Assembly: GCA_021809105.1 (NCBI GenBank)
Contig: JAKBAM010000002.1
Span: 201,025 to 265,024, forward strand
Direction: 5' to 3'
Source of the DNA: Actinomycetes bacterium
GTDB taxonomy: Bacteria > Actinomycetota > Acidimicrobiia > Acidimicrobiales > Palsa-688
DNA length: 64,000 nt
Position numbers and translations under genes: made by a program. Below the pieces are notes generated by a model, which was not told the DNA's origin, did not search any database, and was given only the letters and a program-made list of their open reading frames with translations. Below are positions 10,495 through 19,101 of the stretch, one piece after another. Position 1 is the first letter of the stretch; each line of letters starts with the position of its first letter.

Positions 10495-11609
10495 TGGATT
10501 CAGACTTTGGCGCGGTGCACGACGAGTTGCGCGGTGTGGCCAGGATGATGCTTGCCAATCACAGCCCGCTCACCACCGCGGGAAGGTCGTTTAAGCCGCT
10601 GGACTGGCAGCTGCTGGCGTCCTCGGGCTGGCTGGGCCTCGAGGTGCCGGCGGCCCAGGGGGGAGCCGGGGCAGGTTTCGCCGAGCTGGCCGTGCTCCTG
10701 ACCGAGTTTGGCCGGGTAGCGGCGGCGGCGCCTTACCTGGGCTCGGTCGTCCTCGGCACCGCCGCCCTGAGCCTGCTCGAGGCAAATACCGGGCGTGACC
10801 ACAGGCTCCAGGAGCTGGCGGCGGGTACCAGGCGCGTCGCTGTCGCACTACCGACCGACCGTCCCGAGGTCGGACAGCCCACCGCCCCCTTCCGGATCCG
10901 GCGAGCTGGCTCGGTGCTCGAGGTATCCGGGCGGGCCGGGTTCGTCCCCGACGTCGTCGGCGCCGATGAGATTCTCCTCCTGGCGGCCGACGATCATCGC
11001 CCGGTCCTCGTCGCCGTCGCACCCTCCGCGCCCGGTCTGCAGATCGACGCCCAGCCCGTCGTCGACGAGACGAGGCACCTGGCGGCGGTCATCGCGGACG
11101 GCGTGGAGATCGACCCGGACTCGCTCTGGAGCTTCACCGGCTCACCGGAGGCGGGCGCCGCCAGGCTCGCTGAGCGGGCGATGCTAGCGGTGGCCTGCGA
11201 CAGTTTGGGCCTTGCCACGATGATGATGGAGGCGACGGTCGCATATGTGACAGACCGCTACCAGTTCGGGCGACCGATCGGGTCCTACCAGGCTGTCAAG
11301 CACGCCTGTGCCGACATGCTCGTCGGGATCAGCATCTGCTCGGAGCTGGTGGGTACCGCGGTCGAGGCTCTGAGCAGTGACGAGCCCGGGTCCTGGGTAC
11401 CGGTCTCCATGGCCAAGGCTCACGTGTCGAGCGTGGCGGTGGAGATCGCCGGCAAGGCGATCCAGCTGCACGGTGGCGTCGGGTACACGTGGGAGCGCGG
11501 GCTGCATGCGTACCTGAAGCGCGCGGCCCTCAACCGTTCGCTCTTCGGGTCGCCGATCGCGCACAGGCGGCGGCTCGCGGCACGCTACGCCGGTGAGGGC
11601 AATTCGTGA
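10494..11609 (+). CDS. acyl-CoA dehydrogenase family protein (beta-type partner)
   Basis: ATGA-type overlap with the upstream gene. 371 aa. ACAD C-terminal domain QFGRPIGSYQAVKH. Confidence 0.8.
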   Translation: MDSDFGAVHDELRGVARMMLANHSPLTTAGRSFKPLDWQLLASSGWLGLEVPAAQGGAGAGFAELAVLLTEFGRVAAAAPYLGSVVLGTAALSLLEANTGRDHRLQELAAGTRRVAVALPTDRPEVGQPTAPFRIRRAGSVLEVSGRAGFVPDVVGADEILLLAADDHRPVLVAVAPSAPGLQIDAQPVVDETRHLAAVIADGVEIDPDSLWSFTGSPEAGAARLAERAMLAVACDSLGLATMMMEATVAYVTDRYQFGRPIGSYQAVKHACADMLVGISICSELVGTAVEALSSDEPGSWVPVSMAKAHVSSVAVEIAGKAIQLHGGVGYTWERGLHAYLKRAALNRSLFGSPIAHRRRLAARYAGEGNS

Positions 11610-11667
11610 TGAGTGACTGCTCACCTTGTTATAGTGGTGGGACATCGAGTCGTCGGTCGGGGGTCAC

Positions 11668-12909
11668 ATGGGACGAACGGATGCAGCAGCTGAAGCCAGC
11701 GAAGCACCGCAGCAGGAATTGGACGACGAGTGGTGCCGCCACCACTTCGACCACCTCTCGCCGGCGCTAGCTGCCGATCTGACGGGGACGCTGGCGCGCA
11801 TGCGGTCCATGTGCCCCGTCGCCCACAGCGACCAGTACGACGGTTTCTGGGTCGCCACCGGCTATGAGGACGTGCTGAAGGTGGCGCAGGACTGGGGCAC
11901 CTACAGCTCCGCACACGGCCTGACCGTGCCGCGGGCGCCGATCGCAGTACGCAACCTCCCGGTGGAGGTCGACCCTCCCCTCCACCGGGAGTACAAGCGC
12001 CTCATCAATGCCTATTTCACGCCAGCCGCCGTCGCCCCTTGGGAGGAGCGCACCCGCCGGCTCGTAACGAGCCTCATCGACGCCTTCATCGGGCGGGGTT
12101 CGTGTGACTTCATGGCTGACTTCGCCAGGCCCTACCCTGCCTTGTCCTTTTTCGATGTGGCGCTGAACGCCCCACCCGATGACGTCGAGAAGGTCGCTTA
12201 CATGGCGTCGAAGTCGTCGATCCCGAACGACCCGGAGGCGGCGGCCTGCTGGACGGGGCTATCCGAGTGGATTCGCAGCTTTGTCGCCGAGCGCAGGGCC
12301 GGGCCGCCGAAGGGCGACGTGGTGGATGGAGTCGTCAACGCGCAGGTCGAGGGGCGTCCGATCACCGAGGACGAGATCATCGGCATCCTCCAGCTACTCA
12401 TCTTGGGAGGTCTCGAGACCACCGCCGGGGCGCTCGGGATGATGATGATCCGTCTTTGCGAGCATCCGGAGGTGGTCGCCCTGCTGCGGGATCAGCCCGA
12501 GCGGATTCCCGAGGCGGTCGAGGAGTTGCTCCGGCTCGATCCGCCGTTCATCGCCATCACCCGCACTGCCATGCACGAGGCAGACCTCGGTGGTCAGCGG
12601 ATCGCAGCTGGGGAGAAGGTGATCGTCTCCTGGGCATCGGCCAATCGCGATGAGGCGCAGTTCGAGGCTGCCGACGCGTTCGACCCCGCCCGAAAGGCGA
12701 ATCGCCATCTGGCGTTCGGTGCGGGTCCACATCGCTGTGCCGGCTCCAACCTGGCCAGGATGAACCTTCGAATCGCCCTATCCGAGTTGGTCACGCGCCT
12801 CGGCGACCTGAGGCTTCAGCCTGGCGCCGACGTTCGCTACCACACCACGTTCACTCGCGCCCCGCTGACGGTGCCGATCACCTTTGCTGCCGGGGCAACG
12901 GCGGGTTGA
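11668..12909 (+). CDS. cytochrome P450
   Basis: Heme-binding loop FGAGPHRCAGSNLAR and ExxR motif EELLRLDPP. Confidence 0.9.
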   Translation: MGRTDAAAEASEAPQQELDDEWCRHHFDHLSPALAADLTGTLARMRSMCPVAHSDQYDGFWVATGYEDVLKVAQDWGTYSSAHGLTVPRAPIAVRNLPVEVDPPLHREYKRLINAYFTPAAVAPWEERTRRLVTSLIDAFIGRGSCDFMADFARPYPALSFFDVALNAPPDDVEKVAYMASKSSIPNDPEAAACWTGLSEWIRSFVAERRAGPPKGDVVDGVVNAQVEGRPITEDEIIGILQLLILGGLETTAGALGMMMIRLCEHPEVVALLRDQPERIPEAVEELLRLDPPFIAITRTAMHEADLGGQRIAAGEKVIVSWASANRDEAQFEAADAFDPARKANRHLAFGAGPHRCAGSNLARMNLRIALSELVTRLGDLRLQPGADVRYHTTFTRAPLTVPITFAAGATAG

Positions 12910-12966
12910 GGTGTCGTCAGAGCCTGCTCCGCCGACCGGTCACGACCCGAACACGAGGATGAGGAA

Positions 12967-13212
12967 ATGAGCGTTCCCGAACCGATGATTGCCGGCGCGT
13001 CGACCGATGCGGCGGCGGGCCCGCTACGGGTCGCGGTCGACCCCGACATCTGCCAGGGGCACGCTCGCTGCTGGCAGGTCTGTCCCGAGATCTTCGGTCT
13101 CGACGAGGAGGGGCACGCTGTGGTCGCCGCGACCGAGGTTCCTCCCGAGTTGGCAGAAAAGGTGCAGGAGGCCATGGACAACTGCCCCGAGCGGGCGATC
13201 ACGCTGAACTAG
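12967..13212 (+). CDS. ferredoxin (single-cluster 3Fe-4S/4Fe-4S type, likely P450 redox partner)
   Basis: VAVDPDICQGHARCWQVCPEIF...NCPERAI. Lies immediately downstream of the P450. Confidence 0.8.
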   Translation: MSVPEPMIAGASTDAAAGPLRVAVDPDICQGHARCWQVCPEIFGLDEEGHAVVAATEVPPELAEKVQEAMDNCPERAITLN

Positions 13213-13337
13213 GGGCTGCGAGGGCCTGAAGTGAGCGTTCATGCAATAGGCGGGGCGGCAGCAGCTAAGGTGGTGCTACGTCGGCGGCTTGAGGGCCGTC
13301 CCGACGGCGAGATGTCGATCGACGAGGGGTTCACACG

Positions 13338-14513
13338 ATGCCGCAGCTAGCTGAAGGTTTGCGAGTGGTAGATGCTGACTCGCACATGACGGAACGCCAC
13401 GATCTCTTCACCGCTCGAGCGCCGAAGGGGTACGAGGACAAGGTGCCCCATGTCGAGACCATCGACGGCGAGGAGATGTGGGTCATCGAAGGTAAGACCT
13501 TCGGCCGCGCCGGCTCAGGAGGGACGATCGACCACGCCGGCAAGAAGCACCCCTTCCGAGACTCTCAGGCCGGCTCCTGGGGGATCGACGACGTGCATCC
13601 GGCGGCGTGGGATGCCGGGTCGCGCCTGCGGCTGATGGACGAGAACGGCATCGACGTCCAGGTGCTCTATCCGAACTCCATCGGGCTGGGTGGCCACAAC
13701 CTGGTCAACTCCGTCAAGAACCCGGAGCTTCTCCGGTTGTGCGTCGAGATCTACAACGATGCATTGGCCGAGGTGCAGGAGCAGTCCGGCAATCGCCTGT
13801 TGCCGATGCCGATCATGCCTGCCTGGGATATCGAGGAGTGTGTCCGCGAGGCGCAGCGATGTGCCGAGCTCGGCTATCGGGGTGTCAACATGACGGCCGA
13901 TCCGCAGGACTCCGGCTCGCCCGATCTGGGCCACCGGGCGTGGGATCCGTTCTGGGAGGTCTGCGCCGGGCTCGACCTGCCTGTGCACTTCCACATCGGC
14001 GCCAGCCAGACGGCGCTTGCGTACTTCGGCACGACCTACTGGCCCAGCCAGGACGATTATGTGAAGCCGGCGATCGGGGGCGCGTCACTCTTCCAGAACA
14101 ACTCTCGTGTGCTGCTCAACAGCGCGTACTCAGGGATGTTCGACCGCCACCCCAACCTCAAGATGGTGTCGGTCGAGAGCGGCATCGGGTGGATCCCGTT
14201 CATGCTCGAAGCTATGGATTACGAGCTCGAAGAGAATGCGCCAGAGCATTTTCAAAAGCTTCAAAAACTGCCGTCGGAATATTTCCGCGATAACTGGTAT
14301 GCCACTCTCTGGTTCGAGACCGGCCGCGGTGACCTGCAGCACCTCATCGACTCGGTCGGCGAGGACAAAGTCATGTTCGAGACTGACTTCCCGCACCCGA
14401 CCTGCCTGCATCCCAAGCCGGTCGAAATGGTGAGCGAAAAGATCTCTGAGCTGCGCCCGGAGACGCAGCGTAAGGTGATGGGGGGCAATGCAGTCGCCCT
14501 CTACCGCCTCTAG
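13338..14513 (+). CDS. amidohydrolase family protein (amidohydrolase_2)
   Basis: VVDADSHMTE N-terminus and FETDFPHP C-terminal motif. Paralogous to the gene at 3833. Confidence 0.8.
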   Translation: MPQLAEGLRVVDADSHMTERHDLFTARAPKGYEDKVPHVETIDGEEMWVIEGKTFGRAGSGGTIDHAGKKHPFRDSQAGSWGIDDVHPAAWDAGSRLRLMDENGIDVQVLYPNSIGLGGHNLVNSVKNPELLRLCVEIYNDALAEVQEQSGNRLLPMPIMPAWDIEECVREAQRCAELGYRGVNMTADPQDSGSPDLGHRAWDPFWEVCAGLDLPVHFHIGASQTALAYFGTTYWPSQDDYVKPAIGGASLFQNNSRVLLNSAYSGMFDRHPNLKMVSVESGIGWIPFMLEAMDYELEENAPEHFQKLQKLPSEYFRDNWYATLWFETGRGDLQHLIDSVGEDKVMFETDFPHPTCLHPKPVEMVSEKISELRPETQRKVMGGNAVALYRL

Positions 14514-14523
14514 CGGTCACCTT

Positions 14524-15075
14524 ATGGCTACGACTCCCGAGGTCACCGACGGTGTGAAGATCTACCGGGCCTCGGCGGCCCCCCCGCTGGAGGAGAGCGG
14601 AGCAGTCAGAAGCGACTTCGGCGACAACACGGAGCTGCGGGACGTGGCTGTGAGGTTGGCCAGCTCCGAGTGCTCGCAGGCCCGGCTGCTCGTGCACCAA
14701 TCGAGCGACGAAGGCGGGATGTCGATCGTGTACCTCTTCTTCAAGCCCAACTTTCCATTGTTCCGTCATGCCCACGACGTCAACAGCCTCTACGTAGTGG
14801 TCTCGGGAACGGTTGTGGGGTTGATGGGCGAGAAGACGCTGCGTCCGGGGGACTGCTTCGCGGTGAAGGCGGGGACGCCTTACTATTATACGGCGGGGCC
14901 GGAGGGGGTCGAGGTGCTTGAGATGTTCCGCGATGCCGACACCGCCACCGTGATCTACACCGACGAGAATGACGGGCGGCTCGAAGAGGCGCAGGACGCG
15001 GTCCGAAGCAATGCAGAGGCATGGAGGCAGATCACCTCGGGTCCTCTCTACCGCGCCAATGCCGGGACATCATGA
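14524..15075 (+). CDS. cupin domain protein
   Basis: Beta-barrel pattern HAHDVNSLYVVVSGTVVG...GDCFAVKAGTPYYY. Start chosen at the second ATG just after the upstream stop; the first ATG is at 14488. Confidence 0.5.
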   Translation: MATTPEVTDGVKIYRASAAPPLEESGAVRSDFGDNTELRDVAVRLASSECSQARLLVHQSSDEGGMSIVYLFFKPNFPLFRHAHDVNSLYVVVSGTVVGLMGEKTLRPGDCFAVKAGTPYYYTAGPEGVEVLEMFRDADTATVIYTDENDGRLEEAQDAVRSNAEAWRQITSGPLYRANAGTS

Positions 15076-15158
15076 TGGTCGTAGCGGGACCGATGCATTG
15101 GCGGCGGACCTGCTATAACAATTGAGATCAGGCGTATCATAAGGCAGGGGGGCCACAC

Positions 15159-16406
15159 ATGACCGGACGCAAGAGCACGCGGCTGGCCGCGACCGCAGCC
15201 GTCGCTACATTGGTAGCAGCGGGGTGCGGCAGCGGCGCGAAGTCGTCGACGAGCAACGGCGGGACTGCGGGTGGCCCGACTTATACCGTGGGTGTCCTCA
15301 CCGACCTCACCGGTCCCGGTTCCAACACGGCAGGGTCGTTCCCTGTAGGCGTAAAGGCGGGGATTGGCGTGGCCGCGAAGGCCGGCTACAACATCAAGTA
15401 TGTGGTGGCCGACACCGGCACGTCGCCGTCGGGGGCTCTGACTGCGGCGCAGAGACTCGTGGACCAGGACCACGTGTTCGCGGTCTTCATGACCTCCGTC
15501 GTGGGCTTCGGGGCAGCGAGCTACCTGACATCCAAGGGGATCCCGGTGGTGGGCGCAGCCGTAGACGGGCCCGAATGGATCACCAGCCCCAACATGTTCT
15601 CGGTCCTCGGCACTCAGGACTACACCAAGGTCGAGAGCACATGGGGGGATTTCTGGAAGCAGCACGGCGTGACAACGCTCGGCTCGGTGGGCTACAGCGT
15701 CGAGCCCAGCTCGGCGGAGGTGGCCAAGGGATACGCGGCTTCAGCGCAGCGGGTGGGCATAAAGGTCGGCTACCTCAATGCCAACTTCCCCCTCGGCAGC
15801 ACCAACGTGACGCCGATCGCCCTCGCCATGAAGGCGGCCGGTGTGGACGGCCTGGGTACGGGCATCCTCACCAACAGCACCTTTGCCATCATCGACGACC
15901 TGCGCCAGGAAGGTGTCAACCTGAAGGCTGCGCTCATCCCGGTCGGCTACGGCGGTGATCTGGCACAGGGCGGCCCGGGTGCCCAGCAGAGTGCGCAGGG
16001 CCTGTACTTCCTCGACGGGTACGAGCCGATCGAGATGCACACCGCGGCGACCGCCCGCCTGCAGAGCGCCATGCAGACCTATGCCGGCGTCAGCGGGGAT
16101 CCGACTTTCAGCGAATACCAGGGCTACACCACGGTCGACGCCTTCACCAAGGGCCTGAAGGCGGCCGGTCGGCAGCCGACCCAGGCCTCCTTCATCAAGG
16201 CCATGCTGGGGATCACGAATTACAACGCCGCCGGACTGTACGGGAGCCATTCGGTGAGCTTCGCCATGAAGGACCGGGGTCTAGTGTCGGGGGCTGACAA
16301 CTGTGTCTGGATAACGCGGTACTCCGGCACCACGTTCCACCTGGTCACCGGCGAGGACCCCATCTGCGGTACGACCATCCCGGGACTCAAGGTCTCCGCG
16401 TCTTGA
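15159..16406 (+). CDS. ABC transporter substrate-binding lipoprotein, branched-chain amino acid (Leu/Ile/Val)-binding family
   Basis: Signal peptide with lipobox LVAAGCGSG. Periplasmic-binding-protein type I fold pattern. No cognate permease or ATPase nearby. Confidence 0.8.
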   Translation: MTGRKSTRLAATAAVATLVAAGCGSGAKSSTSNGGTAGGPTYTVGVLTDLTGPGSNTAGSFPVGVKAGIGVAAKAGYNIKYVVADTGTSPSGALTAAQRLVDQDHVFAVFMTSVVGFGAASYLTSKGIPVVGAAVDGPEWITSPNMFSVLGTQDYTKVESTWGDFWKQHGVTTLGSVGYSVEPSSAEVAKGYAASAQRVGIKVGYLNANFPLGSTNVTPIALAMKAAGVDGLGTGILTNSTFAIIDDLRQEGVNLKAALIPVGYGGDLAQGGPGAQQSAQGLYFLDGYEPIEMHTAATARLQSAMQTYAGVSGDPTFSEYQGYTTVDAFTKGLKAAGRQPTQASFIKAMLGITNYNAAGLYGSHSVSFAMKDRGLVSGADNCVWITRYSGTTFHLVTGEDPICGTTIPGLKVSAS

Positions 16407-16415
16407 GATTCTCGA

Positions 16416-16438
16416 GGCGGCGCGACATACTCGCCGCC
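16416..16438 (+). terminator. GC hairpin GGCGGCG-N9-CGCCGCC downstream of the SBP gene
   Basis: Perfect 7-bp stem 10 nt after the stop at 16406. No U-tract, as is common in actinobacteria. Confidence 0.3.
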
Positions 16439-16478
16439 AGCCTGGCGGCCGGATACCACCGAGCGAACGGAGGACGCC

Positions 16479-17381
16479 GTGCTAGACGGCGAGAAGATCC
16501 TGATCACGGGGGCCAGCGGGAAAATCGCTTTCCCCATCGCCCGTGCCCTGGCGGGGAGCAACGAGGTCTGGGGGGCGGCGCGCCTCACCAGCGCGGCCAG
16601 TCGGGACAAGCTGGCGGCGGCCGGCATCCGGCCTGTGCCCCTCGACGTCTCCCGGGCCGACTTCTCCGCGCTCCCCGACGACTTCACCTACGTCTTCCAT
16701 GCGGCCACGGCCGAGGGGGTCGAGGGTTGGCGCTACACCATCGAAACCAACGCACAGGCGTCGGGCCAGCTACTGCACCACTGCCGTAAGGCCAAGGGTT
16801 TCGTCTACTGCTCCACGGGTTCGATCTACGCCTACCAAGGGCAGCGACCGCTGACCGAGGATGACCCGCCGGGCGTACCCCTCAGGGCTGAATACAGCTT
16901 CTCCAAGGTGGCGGCCGAAGCGGTCTGCACCTGGGTGTCCAGGCAGTTCGGCGTGCCGGTCACGATCATCCGGATCTGCTCGACCTACGGTCCCGAGGGG
17001 GGCGCCCCCGCTGCTCGCCTGGAGAGGATGCTGGAGGGCAAGCCGGTGCTCCTTCACCCAGACAAGCCGAACAACTACAACCCCATCTACGAGGACGACT
17101 ACGTCGAGTTGGGCATACGCGCCCTCGAGGTAGCGTCCACTCCTCCGCTAGTGGTCAACTGGGCGGGCAGCGAGACGGTGAGCGCCGAGGACTACTGCAC
17201 CTATATGGGCGGGCTGGTGGGCGTGGAACCGGTGTTCGAGTACACCTCCGCTGCCCACACACCTCTCTGGCCCGATGTCACCTTGATGCACAAGGTGCTG
17301 GGGGAGACGAAGGTGCATTGGCGCGACGGCTTCCGAAGGATGCTCGAGGCCCGCTACCCGCATACGCTGAGGAAGCAGTAG
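16479..17381 (+). CDS. NAD-dependent epimerase/dehydratase family protein
   Basis: N-terminal Rossmann ILITGASGKIAFPIARAL. GGAGG RBS before the GTG start. Confidence 0.8.
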   Translation: MLDGEKILITGASGKIAFPIARALAGSNEVWGAARLTSAASRDKLAAAGIRPVPLDVSRADFSALPDDFTYVFHAATAEGVEGWRYTIETNAQASGQLLHHCRKAKGFVYCSTGSIYAYQGQRPLTEDDPPGVPLRAEYSFSKVAAEAVCTWVSRQFGVPVTIIRICSTYGPEGGAPAARLERMLEGKPVLLHPDKPNNYNPIYEDDYVELGIRALEVASTPPLVVNWAGSETVSAEDYCTYMGGLVGVEPVFEYTSAAHTPLWPDVTLMHKVLGETKVHWRDGFRRMLEARYPHTLRKQ

Positions 17382-17481
17382 GGCAGCCGCAGCCCGTCGG
17401 CGGGCGCCCGCGCCGTGGCGGAGTGGCTACGCTCCGGGGGACGGTGGTTGGCGCACGCGCGCCGTGGGAGGCATTCGAGCT

Positions 17482-18231
17482 ATGACATGGAGCAAGATCT
17501 TCAAGCGGGCCAACAGCTACGCACAGGCCAGCGCCCAGGCGGCGTTCGACGAACATGCTGATCCGCGGATCCAGCTGGAGCAGGCCATGAGCAGCATGCA
17601 AGCCCACCATCGCGACCTGGAGGCCGCGGCCAGCCAGGTCATCGCCCAGGAGAAGACCGCCAAGATGCGCCTGGCGGACCTCTCGACGCAGGAGGCCCGG
17701 TACACCAAGTCGGCTCTGGCCGCCAAGCAGCAGGGGCAACTGGACGCGGCCCGCACCTTCGCCACCAAGATCGCCGGTTTGCGCGAGCAGCTCCAGTCGC
17801 TGTCGGGCCAGATCCCAGAACTCGAGCAGGCGGCGGCTGACGCCCGAGAGGCGGTGCAGGAGTCGGCTGACCAGCTGCAGCAGAAGTTCAACGAGCGCAG
17901 CACGATCCTGGCCCAGGCCGACCAGGCCCGGATGCAGAAAGAGGTGGCGGCGAGCCTCCAGCAGGTCAGCGATCTGACCCGGAGTGGCGACGTCCCCTCG
18001 TTCGACGAGATCAAGCAGAAGGTCGCCGGGCAGTTCGCGATCGCGCAGGCCTCCACTGAGCTGTCGAGCGAAAGTCCCGAGGTGCAGGAGATGCACGCCC
18101 ATCATGCGGAGCTGACCAGTGAGGCGGACGCCATCCTGGCCGAGCTCGACAGCGGTACTGCCGGCCCGGCCGCGCTCAGCCCCGGGTCCCCGCAGCCTGC
18201 GTCTGCCGTCGAGGGTCAGGCGGCCCGCTGA
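17482..18231 (+). CDS. pspA: PspA/IM30 family protein (phage-shock protein A / Vipp1-like)
   Basis: Coiled-coil PspA N-terminus MTWSKIFKRANSYAQASAQAAFDE...LEQAM. GGGAGG RBS. Confidence 0.85.
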   Translation: MTWSKIFKRANSYAQASAQAAFDEHADPRIQLEQAMSSMQAHHRDLEAAASQVIAQEKTAKMRLADLSTQEARYTKSALAAKQQGQLDAARTFATKIAGLREQLQSLSGQIPELEQAAADAREAVQESADQLQQKFNERSTILAQADQARMQKEVAASLQQVSDLTRSGDVPSFDEIKQKVAGQFAIAQASTELSSESPEVQEMHAHHAELTSEADAILAELDSGTAGPAALSPGSPQPASAVEGQAAR

Positions 18232-19048
18232 GGCTGGCCCCTCTCTGTCCCCGCCCGGGCCCGAAGTACGCGGTGATGACGACGGCCAGGTAGCCGCCGT
18301 ACACGATCAGTTGGAGGATCGTCGGATGGTCGGAGTATCCGAAGAAGCTGTGGACGATGTCACCTGCGGTGCTGCTCTGCTGTAGCAGCCGAGAGGTGCT
18401 CCAGAGCCGGTCGGCGAGCCAGGGCACCCATCCCAGTTCCTGAAGGTTCTGTACCGCATCGACGAGGATGCCGGCCGCGAAGATCATGAGCAGGGCGCCC
18501 ACCACCTTGAAGAAAGCACCGATGTTGAGGCGCCTCCCGAGGTGGTAGATGGCGAAGGCGATCGCCAGCGACACGACGAGGCCGGCGGCGCCCCCGGTGA
18601 GGACACCCTTGGAAGACGACGCGAACACGATGGCCAGCGTGAACACCATGGTCTCAAGCCCCTCCCGACCGACCGCTTGGAAACCGAGGAGTGCCAAACC
18701 CCAGCGGGCGCGGCCGTCGAGCGCGGCATCGGTCCTGGCGCGGAGGTCTTCTGAGAGGGTGCGGGAGTGGTCGCGCATCCAGAACGTCATGTAGGTCAGC
18801 ACGACGGCAGCGAGCAGGTAGGTGCCCGTCTCGAAGATCGTCTGGGTGCGGGAGCCGGCATAGGTCTTGAGCGTCAGGTACGCCGTGACCCCACCAGCCA
18901 GGATCAAGATCATCGCTGCGCCCACGCCGAGGAACACGTCGCGGAAGTGGGCCCGCCGGCCGGTCTGCCTCAGGTAGGCAAGGAGGATGGCGACGATCAT
19001 GCTGGCCTCGATGCCCTCCCGCAGGAAGATGACGAAAGTCGCTACCAC
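18176..19048 (-). CDS. FTR1-family high-affinity iron permease (EfeU-like)
   Basis: Two REXXE motifs (REGIEAS and REGLETM) and 7 predicted TM segments. Confidence 0.8.
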   Translation of the reverse strand: MVATFVIFLREGIEASMIVAILLAYLRQTGRRAHFRDVFLGVGAAMILILAGGVTAYLTLKTYAGSRTQTIFETGTYLLAAVVLTYMTFWMRDHSRTLSEDLRARTDAALDGRARWGLALLGFQAVGREGLETMVFTLAIVFASSSKGVLTGGAAGLVVSLAIAFAIYHLGRRLNIGAFFKVVGALLMIFAAGILVDAVQNLQELGWVPWLADRLWSTSRLLQQSSTAGDIVHSFFGYSDHPTILQLIVYGGYLAVVITAYFGPGRGQRGASLSGPPDPRRQTQAAGTRG

Positions 19049-19051
19049 ACC

Positions 19052-19065
19052 TTAGGTATACCTAA
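19052..19065. promoter_or_regulatory. perfect 14-bp AT-rich palindrome TTAGGTATACCTAA 3 bp upstream of the FTR1 start; candidate metalloregulator (IdeR/DtxR-like) operator
   Basis: The half-sites TTAGGT/ACCTAA resemble the iron-box consensus TTAGGTTAGGCTAACCTAA. It is the only strongly AT-rich spot in the 53-bp intergenic region. Confidence 0.4.
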
Positions 19066-19101
19066 TATCAAGCTGCTGGTCAACCTCTGAGAGTGGGGCG
19101 C

